NCBI GenBank assembly: GCA_963737065.1
Contig: CAVTRC010000001.1
Coordinates: 352,001 to 416,000, forward strand
From: Candidatus Eremiobacteria bacterium
GTDB lineage: Bacteria; Vulcanimicrobiota; Vulcanimicrobiia; Vulcanimicrobiales; Vulcanimicrobiaceae
DNA: 64,000 nt
Reading direction: 5' to 3'
Each line of letters starts with the position of its first letter. The stretch's first letter is position 1. Shown in pieces: positions 41,666-51,771 of the stretch. Both the position numbers and the translations under genes were made by a program. Below the pieces are notes generated by a model. The model did no database searches, was not told the origin of the DNA, and was given only the letters and a program-made list of their open reading frames with translations.

Positions 41666-42679
41666 TCAGCGCGCAGATTGCGGGAGCGCGCAGTGATGCG
41701 CCAGGCCGAGCGTTGTGACGATTTGATGCGGTAACAGGTTTGCGGCAGCCGCGAGTTCATCGAGGTCGTCGTCGGCTCCGAGAACTTGCGTCTCGTCGCC
41801 GGTGGTCGCATCGTCGAGGACGCTGTACTGCATTCCCACCGAAAGAATGTTGCGATACGGCCGCGTAACGCGCGGGAAACCGTCGCTATAGCCGCAGCGC
41901 ACCACGCTAACGCGAGACCCGGCTGGAAGCGTTGCGGTGCCATACCCCGCACCGAGGCTGCCGTCGGAACCGATCCGATCGACAACCGGCGCACAAACGT
42001 CGATCGCGCACGTCAGCGGCGTCGTCGCATCAGGCTTCCCCGCGCCGAAGAGCCCGACACCAACACGTATGGTCTTGTCGCAGCTACGGCTGCGACTCGC
42101 CGGAAACGTGCTCTCGACGTCTTCTCCGACGACGTGAACGCCGCGGTTTCGAAATGCTGCGACGAATCGAACGAACTTCTCGCGATCGACCGCCTCGGTA
42201 TCGTCGTTGGTAAGATGCGTCCACAACTCCACACGCATATGAGAATCGGCGAGGAGCGTCGCGTATCCGTGCGCGTCTTCGATGTCGATTGCCGACCACC
42301 CGGCCGCCAAACGTAGCCCGAGCCGAACGGTTATTTCTGAGGCATCCGAGCGCATCGCGAGCGCGGACAACGAATCCAGACGAGCAACGTTGACGATGCC
42401 GCGAAGGTCCGCCGCGCGGGTCGCGTCTTGCGGGCCCCCATCGTACAACGTCGCAGCCGGCGCCTGCGTCATCGCGCGTACCCGCTTGAGCTCATGGACG
42501 TCCGAAACGACGAATCCGTCGGCGACGCCGTCGAGTTCGCGAACGACGCGCTCGAGGCCAAAGCCGTAACCATTCGCTTTCACGACGGCTCGCACCGCGG
42601 CGCCCGTTCGCTGCTTCCACGCGCAGACGTTGTCGCGAAGCGCCATGCCGCGAAGGTTTATCGTCGGCGCGTCGTTCAT
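41666..42679 (-). CDS. alr: Alanine racemase family protein (divergent)
   Basis: AVVKANGYG (PLP Lys), RVGVGLFG, GYG, GYSDG; ATGA overlap with the upstream gene. Confidence 0.8.
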   Translation of the reverse strand: MNDAPTINLRGMALRDNVCAWKQRTGAAVRAVVKANGYGFGLERVVRELDGVADGFVVSDVHELKRVRAMTQAPAATLYDGGPQDATRAADLRGIVNVARLDSLSALAMRSDASEITVRLGLRLAAGWSAIDIEDAHGYATLLADSHMRVELWTHLTNDDTEAVDREKFVRFVAAFRNRGVHVVGEDVESTFPASRSRSCDKTIRVGVGLFGAGKPDATTPLTCAIDVCAPVVDRIGSDGSLGAGYGTATLPAGSRVSVVRCGYSDGFPRVTRPYRNILSVGMQYSVLDDATTGDETQVLGADDDLDELAAAANLLPHQIVTTLGLAHHCALPQSAR

Positions 42680-44179
42680 CGGCCGAGCGAATCCGCCGGC
42701 CACGCGTAGTTTCCGAGCGCATCCCATTGATACGGCTCCGTACCGTCCCACGCGAAAAAGCACTCACCGAGTGCGCCGATACGTTTGCTCGCAGCGAGCG
42801 ACGAGGTAATTTCTTGCGCTGGCGGCGCGCCATTGCGACCGACAGCGCTCGTCTGCCCACCGATGCTGATCGGAATCATTCGCCCGGCATAGCGCAGCAA
42901 CGTCTCGTACGATGCCTGCACGATCTGCTCGACATCTTCCGGTGTCGTGGGCGTTCGGCGCATCATCCGCCAATACGTCATCGGCTGCAACGCCGTGCTG
43001 AAGCGCGCAATCTGCGCGTACGGATACGTGCGATCGTCGAGACGTTCGAGGTACGCGTCTTCAACCGTCGGCATTATGAGATATGCTGGACCCATTGCAT
43101 TGCGAACGAATTCAACGTAGTGCCACAGCGCGCTCGGCCCTTGCGGCGCGCCGCCCATAAAATCGTCGCCGCGCTCCACGTCGAGCGCGAGGCCGTCCAG
43201 CGGCGTTCCGTTCGCCGTTCGATAGTACGCACCGCGCACGGCCGTTTGCACATCCTCGAAACTCTCGTCGCGCGGCACCGCCCATGCTATCGTCTTGATG
43301 CCGTGCGCCGCAAGTCCGTCGATTATGGCATCGATCCGTCGGCTTTGCCTCCGGGGTGATTTCCCAATACGCGCCGTATGACGTGCGCAACTCGACGTAG
43401 TGCAGCCCCGCGCGTACCGCTTGCGCGACGATCGCTCCGGGATCGAGATGCTTGAAATAGATCGCGTCAACCGGATTCGACGTGAAGTACAGCCACATGC
43501 CTTTGCCGCGCACGTTGTCGATCGGCGTCGCGGGCGCCGTCTGCGGTGTCGTGACGGCAAGGCGCGCCGGTTCGTGTCCTGTGCGCTCGACGACGTACTG
43601 GTACGAGCGGCCGGGTTCGGCATTCGTGTCGCGAAACGTCGAGCTTGGCCCCGCGATGAGCGCAAGGAGACGTCGCGCACCGCCCTCTTCCGCACGAAAG
43701 ATCCGCACCTCGCCCGCTTCGCGCGGAAACCAACCGATTTGCACGAGATGCGGACCCAGCGCTTTCGCGACGGCGCGCGGCGAACGCCAAGACCGCGTAT
43801 TCGTGCGCACCGTTACGCTGCCGATGCGCGGCTCGTTTGCGACAACGGTCATCGTCAGGGCGCCATCCACAGTCGTCGAGAGAATCGCCGATGGTTGGCC
43901 ATACGCGAGACGCGTCTGCCATTGCACGTAACCGTCGCTCGAGCGATACGTGAAGTCGCTGTTTGCGATAATTCGCGTCGGTTTGTTCTGCGCATCGAAG
44001 AATTTCGTCACGACGAGCCACCGTGCGTTGCCGTCGGGATCGAAGCCGAGCGCGCGCGCATCGACCGCCATGCGCACGGCCGGATTTCCGAAATAGACCG
44101 GAACGTTCGGCGTCGGCGCCGGTGAGGGCAGCGGCGTCATCTGCGTCAGGACGGCTGCCAGCATGAACGCGTAGTGCAT
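42676..44179 (-). CDS. Secreted protein with FN3-like and glycoside hydrolase-like TIM barrel domains (+1 frameshift near 43336)
   Basis: N-terminal half in ORF 43112-44227 (FRDT..PG..YQY, GKGMW); C-terminal half in 42676-43695 (LALDVE, LQPMTYW, FFAW). Confidence 0.65.
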
Positions 44180-44241
44180 CGTTGCGCGCTCTCTTCGTTG
44201 GCAGGCGCGCGAACTCTGTTGAACCAACCTTCGCGTTTGGT

Positions 44242-45708
44242 ATGGGTCGACGTCTAGCCGCGCTCGCGATTTGCATCATGCTTGTGGCCGCAATGCCGCG
44301 CCCCGTCCCGGGCGGATCGCCGTGGACGCGTGCGCAAATCGCAGCATTAGGGCACACGATCGACGCGCTGCTGAAAAACGGCGCACTGCGCGGCGCGCAG
44401 ATCGGACTGATCGCGGCCGATACGGTGCGCGGCACGCTGCTTTACTCACGCAACGCCGACGAAGAATTCATGCCGGCGTCCAATTTCAAACTTCTTGTCG
44501 GTTCCGCTGCGCTGCAGATTCTCGGGCCGAACTTTTCATATGTTACGTCGGTTCTCGGCGACCGCGCACCATCCGACGGCGTCATCGCCGGGAATTTGTA
44601 CTTGCACGGCGGAGGCGACGCGCTTCTCAGCGCCGCGGACCTCAACACAGCGGCCGCGTCGCTCGCCGCCGCGGGCATCAAGCGCATCGAGGGTGATCTC
44701 GTCGCGGACGCGACGCATGACGACGCGCAGCGCTATGGATATGGTTGGTCGTGGGACGATCTGCCGTATTACTATGCGCCGGTCATCACGGCGCTCGAAC
44801 TCGAAGACGGCGTCGTGCATATCATCATGCTGCCCGGAACATCGGTCGGCGCGCCGGTGGTGCTGCGAATCGAACCGCAGACCGGCGCGTTCACCATCGT
44901 GAACCGGCTGCAAACGGGGGCGCCCGGTTCACAAGACACGTCGGAGATCGTACGCTCGTGGGATGCACCGAAGCAAATCGAACTGACCGGCACGTATCCT
45001 CTAAACGCGAAACCCTCGGGCGATATTGAACCTAGCGTTCCGGATCCGGAATCCTACGCGGCGGATGTTTTCGCGCGCGCGCTTGCGGCGCACGGGGTCA
45101 CCGTTACGGGAACGGTTCGCGACGGCAAAACGCCGCCGCACGCAACGGTACTGTGGTCGCATGATTCGCTTTCAATGCCGAAGCTGATGCAGCAGTTTTG
45201 GTATCCAAGCGACAACCTCATGGGTGAATTATTGCTCAAAGAGCTCGGCGTGGCGCTGCGCGGCGAGCCGGGAACCGACGAAAACGGCAGCATCGCCGAA
45301 CAGCGTTATCTTCGCTCGATAGGCATCGATCCGCGAACGGTCACGATCGGCGACGGCTCGGGCCTTTCCAGTTACGATCGCATCACGCCGCGAGATCTCT
45401 TTACGATCTTGCAAACCGATTGGAACGGCCCGTATCGCGACATCGTCGTTGATGCGCTTCCGATCGCCGGCGTGCGCGGGTCGCTGCGCCGCCAATTTCT
45501 CAAGACGCCGGCGCAGCGTAAGGTGTTCGCGAAAACCGGCAGCATCAGTCACGTGCGCACGATCTCCGGCTTCATTCAAACGAAGACACACGGCGTCGTG
45601 ACGTTCTCGTTCCTCGTGAACCAGTGGATGGGCGCGGATCAGCCGCGCGGCGTCGCCGCGCTTGCGCGCGTGCGCGGCGCGGTGCTCTCCGCGATTGCGG
45701 ATCGGTAA
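44242..45708 (+). CDS. dacB: D-alanyl-D-alanine carboxypeptidase/endopeptidase (PBP4, S13)
   Basis: PASNFK, SDN, DGSGLS, AKTGS, GWSWDD. Confidence 0.93.
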   Translation: MGRRLAALAICIMLVAAMPRPVPGGSPWTRAQIAALGHTIDALLKNGALRGAQIGLIAADTVRGTLLYSRNADEEFMPASNFKLLVGSAALQILGPNFSYVTSVLGDRAPSDGVIAGNLYLHGGGDALLSAADLNTAAASLAAAGIKRIEGDLVADATHDDAQRYGYGWSWDDLPYYYAPVITALELEDGVVHIIMLPGTSVGAPVVLRIEPQTGAFTIVNRLQTGAPGSQDTSEIVRSWDAPKQIELTGTYPLNAKPSGDIEPSVPDPESYAADVFARALAAHGVTVTGTVRDGKTPPHATVLWSHDSLSMPKLMQQFWYPSDNLMGELLLKELGVALRGEPGTDENGSIAEQRYLRSIGIDPRTVTIGDGSGLSSYDRITPRDLFTILQTDWNGPYRDIVVDALPIAGVRGSLRRQFLKTPAQRKVFAKTGSISHVRTISGFIQTKTHGVVTFSFLVNQWMGADQPRGVAALARVRGAVLSAIADR

Positions 45709-45784
45709 TCGCGATGACGGGTGAAGGCGATTGTTGCCGTGGCTGGAAGGAAAATCGTTTCGGCCATTTTCCGGAGGGATTTGG

Positions 45785-48643
45785 ATGCTTCAACTATCGA
45801 GCCGATGGCAATCGCTCGTCGCGATCGTGCTCTTTGTGATTGGATTTTCCACGCTCCCAATCGGCGCCGTTGCGCAGCAACTCACGACGGGAACCATCAG
45901 CGGCGTCGTGACCGATGCGCAAACCGGCGCGCCGCTCGCGGGCGTGAAGGTTACCGCCACTTCACCAAGCGGCGTGAAGACCACCGTGACCGACAGCCGG
46001 GGTTTTTACACGCTGCAACAGCTCAGCGTCGATACGTACACCGTCTCATTCGAACTGAGTGGATATTCGTCCGCGAGCGTGCCCGGCATCAATGCACCGC
46101 AAGCAGTCGTCGAACGCGTGAACCAAACCCTCACGAAAGAGATGCGGGTTATCGCAAACGTCAGCGCTCGTTCATCAGCGAGCTTGGTGCAGCCCAATGT
46201 CACGACCGATCAATATACGGTGAGCGGGGAGCACCTTGACGCCGTCTCCGGCGGGAACCAGCTGCAGAAAACGCTCTACCAGTACGTCGATACGATTCCC
46301 GGCATCACGGTCGGCGGCTTCAGCACGCAGCCGCGTATTCACGGCGGATCGGTCACCGACGAACAGTACGAGTTCGACGGCATCCCGATTCGCGATCGCA
46401 TCACCGGATTTTTCACCACGAATTTGTCGAATCTCGGCGTCGCGAACGTCGAGGTTTCAACGGGCGGGCTCGGCTCGGAAACCTCCGATGCCGGACTCGG
46501 CATCATTAATACGGTGATGAAGACCGGTACGTATCCGGCGTTCGGGACCATTGCGTACGGCGCCGACGTTACCGACCGGCTCCTAAACTTTATGTTCGAG
46601 TACGGCGGTGCGACGCCGAACCGTCGCTGGTCGTGGTATGTCGGCGCGCAGAAAACCGGATCGCAGAACGAGTACGCGTCCGGCGCAAGTTATCCGGCCG
46701 TCGTGGTCGAGGGTTTCAACGGCCCCGGTCCCGTCTATACCACCGACATCGTCGGCAACTTTCACTACCGTCCGAATAACAAGGACGACTTCCAATTCTT
46801 GATCCAGAACGGCCTCGGCGATTTCATCTTTGGTTACGGATTCCAGCGAAACAGTCCCGGTCAGCCGCTTCCGTTGACCGCCGTTCCGTGTCCCGGATAC
46901 ACGGTGAGTTCGACGACGCCGACGGGAGCGGCCGGAGGCACAGCGCCGAACGGCCAAACGTGTCCGGCCGGTCTGTATTTTGGTACCGCGAGTGGTGCGA
47001 CGCTCGGCATGGGCGGCAATATCTGGCATCACTACTCCGGCATCGGTAAGCTGCAGTGGAATCACATCATCAACGATCACTCGTCGTTCTCACTGCGCCT
47101 CGCCGAAAATTTCAACCAATATATCTTCGACCAACCGATCGTCGACGCGAACATTCCAGCGATCGAGAACAGTCCCGATTTTCACCCCGGCGACTGCCCG
47201 CCATATCCCTACGCACCAAAGACGCCGATCCCCGTCGTCGGCGGCCAACTTTGTGCCGAGCAAGATCTCTTCTTCGAGACCGGCTACTTAGGCGATCGCC
47301 GCTCGAACATGTGGCTCGGATCGCTCGATTACACAAACCAGATCAGCGACAACGCGACGATCCGCGCGGGCGTGAGCGAAGAGTACGACAATAATCTCGA
47401 CAATTCGTACTACACGTTCTACATGAATCCCGACGGCTCGTGGCCCGGCGTGAACTCGCTCTCATCGTATCCCGACCATATTCCGGCGTTTTACGTGAAC
47501 GGCTCGCTGCGCGCGCGCAAATGGCTCCTCGAGCCCGGCGTGAGGTGGCAGCGCATGTATTACGATTATCCCGCGAGCACGATCGGCGGCGTGTCGTATC
47601 CGGCTGGTCCGTACTCCGTTGGCGTCTGGAATCCGACGTTCGCCGCAACCTACACGATGAACAACCACAACGTCATTCGCGGATCGTGGACCGATTCGAC
47701 GTCATTCGTCGGTACGGCGTACATCTGGCGCGAGGGTTCGAGTGAATACAATCCGGGTGGCATATTCAGCGCGAATCCGACGATCTTCCACAGCGCCGAT
47801 CTCATGTGGGAGCACGAGTTCGATCCCGACACGTCGCTGCGAATCGGACCGTATTGGAACAAAGCGACGAATGTGTTCTACACCTATCGTCCGGTGCTCA
47901 GCGTCAACCCGGCAACGGGCGCCATTACGTACGGTCCGGCACGCCCGACAAACGGTGGTCTGCGTCAATCGTTCGGAGCGGAGCTTGGCCTCAATCACGT
48001 GGATCGGCACCGGTACGGCGTCTCGTACTGGCTCTCCGGAACGTACGATAACTTCTGGACGAACATCACATCGTCGTTGACCGGCTCGTACGGCGGAGCC
48101 GGACTACCGTCGTTTCTCCCGGTCGTTCGCAGTCCGTACAATCCATTGATCAGCGCGTCGCTCGTCGCCGACGTGCACGCGGATCGCTGGCACTTCATGC
48201 CGACCGTGTACTACCAGGGACCATCGCCGTATCAGACGGGCGAATGCGCAGCGTCGCAAAAATGGATCAATCTGACCGGTTATCCGTACTACTCGACCTG
48301 CTTGAGCGCGAGCAGCAACCTCGTGCAGCCGGTTCGGATGTTGCCTGAACTCTGGTCCACGCCGTACTGGTGGTCGAACGCAACGCTGGCCTACGACCTG
48401 GGGCCGACGCGCGCCACTCGCATCGGCGTACAGGTGACGAATCTGTTCAACAACGTCAACCCGAGCAATCCGGCCGTGCCGTGCTACTCGAACGTGCAAG
48501 CGAACACGCCTGCACTCGGTGCCGGGTGTTCGCCGTACTATCCGCTTGCCGGCCAGCAACCGCTGCCGAGCAGCGGCTACATCTACCAAAACACGTCGGT
48601 AACGCCGCGTCAGATCATGTTGTTCGTCCAACAACGGTTCTAA
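45785..48643 (+). CDS. TonB-dependent receptor-like outer membrane protein
   Basis: GGAGG RBS, signal peptide, carboxypeptidase-regulatory N-domain, plug (IPGI...IHGG...DGIPI), beta-barrel, terminal Phe. Confidence 0.85.
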   Translation: MLQLSSRWQSLVAIVLFVIGFSTLPIGAVAQQLTTGTISGVVTDAQTGAPLAGVKVTATSPSGVKTTVTDSRGFYTLQQLSVDTYTVSFELSGYSSASVPGINAPQAVVERVNQTLTKEMRVIANVSARSSASLVQPNVTTDQYTVSGEHLDAVSGGNQLQKTLYQYVDTIPGITVGGFSTQPRIHGGSVTDEQYEFDGIPIRDRITGFFTTNLSNLGVANVEVSTGGLGSETSDAGLGIINTVMKTGTYPAFGTIAYGADVTDRLLNFMFEYGGATPNRRWSWYVGAQKTGSQNEYASGASYPAVVVEGFNGPGPVYTTDIVGNFHYRPNNKDDFQFLIQNGLGDFIFGYGFQRNSPGQPLPLTAVPCPGYTVSSTTPTGAAGGTAPNGQTCPAGLYFGTASGATLGMGGNIWHHYSGIGKLQWNHIINDHSSFSLRLAENFNQYIFDQPIVDANIPAIENSPDFHPGDCPPYPYAPKTPIPVVGGQLCAEQDLFFETGYLGDRRSNMWLGSLDYTNQISDNATIRAGVSEEYDNNLDNSYYTFYMNPDGSWPGVNSLSSYPDHIPAFYVNGSLRARKWLLEPGVRWQRMYYDYPASTIGGVSYPAGPYSVGVWNPTFAATYTMNNHNVIRGSWTDSTSFVGTAYIWREGSSEYNPGGIFSANPTIFHSADLMWEHEFDPDTSLRIGPYWNKATNVFYTYRPVLSVNPATGAITYGPARPTNGGLRQSFGAELGLNHVDRHRYGVSYWLSGTYDNFWTNITSSLTGSYGGAGLPSFLPVVRSPYNPLISASLVADVHADRWHFMPTVYYQGPSPYQTGECAASQKWINLTGYPYYSTCLSASSNLVQPVRMLPELWSTPYWWSNATLAYDLGPTRATRIGVQVTNLFNNVNPSNPAVPCYSNVQANTPALGAGCSPYYPLAGQQPLPSSGYIYQNTSVTPRQIMLFVQQRF

Positions 48644-49239
48644 GACAAGGACGCTCGCCGGATTCGCTCGCGCAGCTCCTCGCCCACGTCGATCGCTTCA
48701 CGTGGTTCGAGGAGCTGTGGTGACGGACGCAGACGCGCGATATCCCACCGTTGGTCTTCCGCGGTGCCGAAATAGCCGTCGCACATCGCTGCTTCCGCGT
48801 GCGACATAACGTGGTCCGCGTCCACCGGCACGTCGTAGAATGCGGCTAGTCGTCCGCCGACGGTGCACAACGCATCGATCAGTGCTTCGGTGAGCGGATA
48901 CGCACCGAAATCTTGCGGCGTCGCGTCCTGCATCGCCATGATCGAAATCCCGAGCGCGTACGAATTGCGGCTACGCGTGTGCGCAGCATACGGTCGCTCC
49001 GGCGAGCCATAGATTTCGCGCATGTTCTCGCGCACATCGTGCGTATTGACGACCACGATGCCCACTCCCGGTTCGATCGCAACGCAAAAGTGATACGCCG
49101 GAAAAACCTTCTCGTAATCGTATGCCGACCAGTGCGTGTAAATGCGCTCGATACGGCCGGGGACGTCGGGACGCCAGGCATCGAGCGACAAGTGCGGGTA
49201 CGCGTCGATGCGCGTCTCGATGCCGCTCAGATCTGCCAT
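48640..49239 (-). CDS. N-acetylmuramoyl-L-alanine amidase (Amidase_2), no signal peptide
   Basis: IYTHWS, YHF, AHT..RNS..LGISI, VMSHAE. Confidence 0.78.
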   Translation of the reverse strand: MADLSGIETRIDAYPHLSLDAWRPDVPGRIERIYTHWSAYDYEKVFPAYHFCVAIEPGVGIVVVNTHDVRENMREIYGSPERPYAAHTRSRNSYALGISIMAMQDATPQDFGAYPLTEALIDALCTVGGRLAAFYDVPVDADHVMSHAEAAMCDGYFGTAEDQRWDIARLRPSPQLLEPREAIDVGEELRERIRRASLS

Positions 49240-50846
49240 TGCCAGGCGTTCCATTCATCGGCGATAAACGCCGCCGGTTCGTAGTGCTTGACGTCTGTAT
49301 TGAGCGCGTAATAGGTTTCGTGCCAGAAGGCGAATACGGCGGGATCGAGTTCGCGAATTCGCGCCGCCTCCCGCTGATAGAGCGCCTTGCGCTTCGCCTG
49401 ATCGAACGTTCTCGCGGCGGCGCTGCTCGTCTCGTCAACGATTCTGTCGCTGAGCCAACTCGTGTTCGCGCCGTTCGGCGGGATGAAATGCGAGTTCCAT
49501 GAACCCGAGTCGTCGGGGTCGGCACCGTTGTACGACTGCGACCACTCGAGGTCGTACGTCCCACCGTACAGCGGCCCGTTTTGCGCGAACAACACGTTCG
49601 CCGCCGCATTATGAATAGAAAGCGCAATGCCGAGCGGTTGCAGCATCGATTGCATGAGCACTTCTGAGCGTTCGTTCTGCTGATTGTCGGTCGTCGCCGT
49701 AATCGTCAATCGCAATGCAAGAGCGCCTTTGTGGAGTACGCCGTCCGAGCCCATGCGCCAGCCGTCCGACGCGAGCAGCGTGCGCGCCGACGCGGGATCG
49801 TGACGATACGGCGGAAGCGACGGCGCGGCCCACGACTGAGGAAACACGTCGGAGACTGCAAGCTCGCCATAGCCCCGGTATACCGTCTGCAGAATGCGGT
49901 TCCAGTCAACGCTCATTGCAATCGCGTGCCGCACGTTCACGTCGGCGAGCTGCGGCTTGCGTATGTTCATGCCGAGGTGCTGCCACGACGCGATCAACCG
50001 ATGCTCGACGCGAATGCCCGAGATGCCGGAGAGCGCGGCGATGGAATTCTTATTGACGTCGGGATAGACGTCGATTTCGTGCGAGCGCAGTTCGTCAAGC
50101 ATCGTATCGGGATTCGGGATGATCTTGTAGTGGATCTCGGTGAGCCCGGGCGCGCCGCGAAAATAGCGCCGATTCGCGGTGAAGACCAATTCGTTGCCGC
50201 GATCCCATCGCTTTAGGACGAACGGGCCGCTTGAAATCGGCATGCTATTGAACGACGCATGATTGAGGTCGGGCAGCTTCGCAAGAAGGTGTGCCGGAAG
50301 CGGCGGATATGCATCGCCGCCCATGGTCAGAATCTCCATTCCCGCGACCGTCGGCCGTTTCAGCCGAATGACAATGGTATACGGATCGGGCGCCGACGCC
50401 GACGCAATCTCCGTCCAGCCATACGCCGTTTTCGTGTTGTTGCGCGGATTCATCACCGCGTGATACGTGAAGAGCCAGTCGCCCGCCGTCAGCGGCGCAC
50501 CGTCCGACCAGACCGCGCCGTGGCGCAAGTGGACGGTGATCGTCTTGCCGTCGGCGCTGATGCCGCCGTTTTGCGGCGTCGGCACCGTGGTCGCGAGATC
50601 GGGAAACAGATTTCCGTTCGCATCGGTGCGAAGAATGAACGCGAAGAGCAGACAGTCGACCTGCGCGGTTGCGATCGTGTGGCCGAACATCAGGTTGAGA
50701 TTATCGGGCTCTTCCGCGCTGCCGATGCGCAGCACGCCGGGAACCGTCCAACTATTCCTTCCCGCCGCCGTCGGCGTGCCGGCTTTCGAGCACGCCGCAA
50801 GCGCCGCAATCACCAGCAACGACAGAATAACGCAACGGTATCGCAC
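49227..50846 (-). CDS. Peptide ABC transporter substrate-binding lipoprotein (SBP family 5)
   Basis: Lipobox LAAC, PDLA, WSDGAPLT, SGPF, VRHAIAMSVD. Confidence 0.92.
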   Translation of the reverse strand: MRYRCVILSLLVIAALAACSKAGTPTAAGRNSWTVPGVLRIGSAEEPDNLNLMFGHTIATAQVDCLLFAFILRTDANGNLFPDLATTVPTPQNGGISADGKTITVHLRHGAVWSDGAPLTAGDWLFTYHAVMNPRNNTKTAYGWTEIASASAPDPYTIVIRLKRPTVAGMEILTMGGDAYPPLPAHLLAKLPDLNHASFNSMPISSGPFVLKRWDRGNELVFTANRRYFRGAPGLTEIHYKIIPNPDTMLDELRSHEIDVYPDVNKNSIAALSGISGIRVEHRLIASWQHLGMNIRKPQLADVNVRHAIAMSVDWNRILQTVYRGYGELAVSDVFPQSWAAPSLPPYRHDPASARTLLASDGWRMGSDGVLHKGALALRLTITATTDNQQNERSEVLMQSMLQPLGIALSIHNAAANVLFAQNGPLYGGTYDLEWSQSYNGADPDDSGSWNSHFIPPNGANTSWLSDRIVDETSSAAARTFDQAKRKALYQREAARIRELDPAVFAFWHETYYALNTDVKHYEPAAFIADEWNAWQWQI

Positions 50847-50855
50847 GAGATGCTG

Positions 50856-51764
50856 TTACTTCCACCCATCGACGATCGTCTTCGCCATGTTTGCCATTAG
50901 CAGTTCGCCGGCGTTATCGGGCGTCCAGCTGCGATCGCGGTTGTTGTACGTGAAGGCCGCCATGACGATCGGTCCTTGCGGTGCATAAATGATTGCGACA
51001 TCGTTGCGCACCGCATCGAGCGCTCCCGTCTTATTCGCGACGGTCAGGCGGCCGATGTACCGCGGAATTCCGTCGCGGTCCGATTGATTTTTCAGCATAG
51101 CGAGCGCTTTCGCGCAGAGCGCTTGCTGCGTCGGCGTCGGCGGAGCGGTGTCACCGGGCGCGTTCAAATTGCACTCCGCAAAGCGCTGCATCAGTTGAAC
51201 GATCTCGCGCGCCGTTGTTTTTCCGAGGCCGAACTTCGGCTGATCGCTCGGCACATCACCTGTCGGCGGCTTGAAGACTTTCTTGTAGAGCCATGTGCTG
51301 TTCAGGCCGAGCCACTTCAACCGGGCATCGATTCGGGTGAGACCGAGATGATCGATCGCCAAGTTCGTCGCCGTGTTGTCGCTCTGTACGATCATCATCG
51401 TGAGCGCGTCCTTGAACGTCAGCACCAGCGGCGTATCGAAGAGCGTGAGCACGCCCGATCCCTCGACTTGGTTCTCCGGCGTGAGCGTCAGACGATCGTT
51501 CCAATGCGCCTCGCCCGCTTCGATTGCTTTGAGCGCTTCGAAGAGAATCGCAAGTTTGATGGTCGACGCCGTCGGCACCGGTGTGTCGGCATCAATACCA
51601 ACTGTTCGGCCCGTCTTTAGATCGACCGCATAAAGTGCCACGTTTCCAGCGTAGCTTGCCGCCAGCGCACGCAGCTGTCCTTCGATGCTGTCGGCGGCGC
51701 GGGATATTGCCGGGTGTGCTGCAGCAAACGCGACCAAAAGAAATCCAAAGAAACGTCGTATCAT
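50856..51764 (-). CDS. Serine hydrolase, class A beta-lactamase-like
   Basis: ASTIK, SDN, KTG, signal peptide; alternative start at 51773. Confidence 0.88.
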   Translation of the reverse strand: MIRRFFGFLLVAFAAAHPAISRAADSIEGQLRALAASYAGNVALYAVDLKTGRTVGIDADTPVPTASTIKLAILFEALKAIEAGEAHWNDRLTLTPENQVEGSGVLTLFDTPLVLTFKDALTMMIVQSDNTATNLAIDHLGLTRIDARLKWLGLNSTWLYKKVFKPPTGDVPSDQPKFGLGKTTAREIVQLMQRFAECNLNAPGDTAPPTPTQQALCAKALAMLKNQSDRDGIPRYIGRLTVANKTGALDAVRNDVAIIYAPQGPIVMAAFTYNNRDRSWTPDNAGELLMANMAKTIVDGWK

Positions 51765-51771
51765 TGTCGAC

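Noticed and set aside
50856..51764. Calling this an antibiotic-resistance beta-lactamase
   Set aside because: SxxK, SDN and KTG are present, but the class A omega-loop ExxLN is not evident; the context favours a peptidase.
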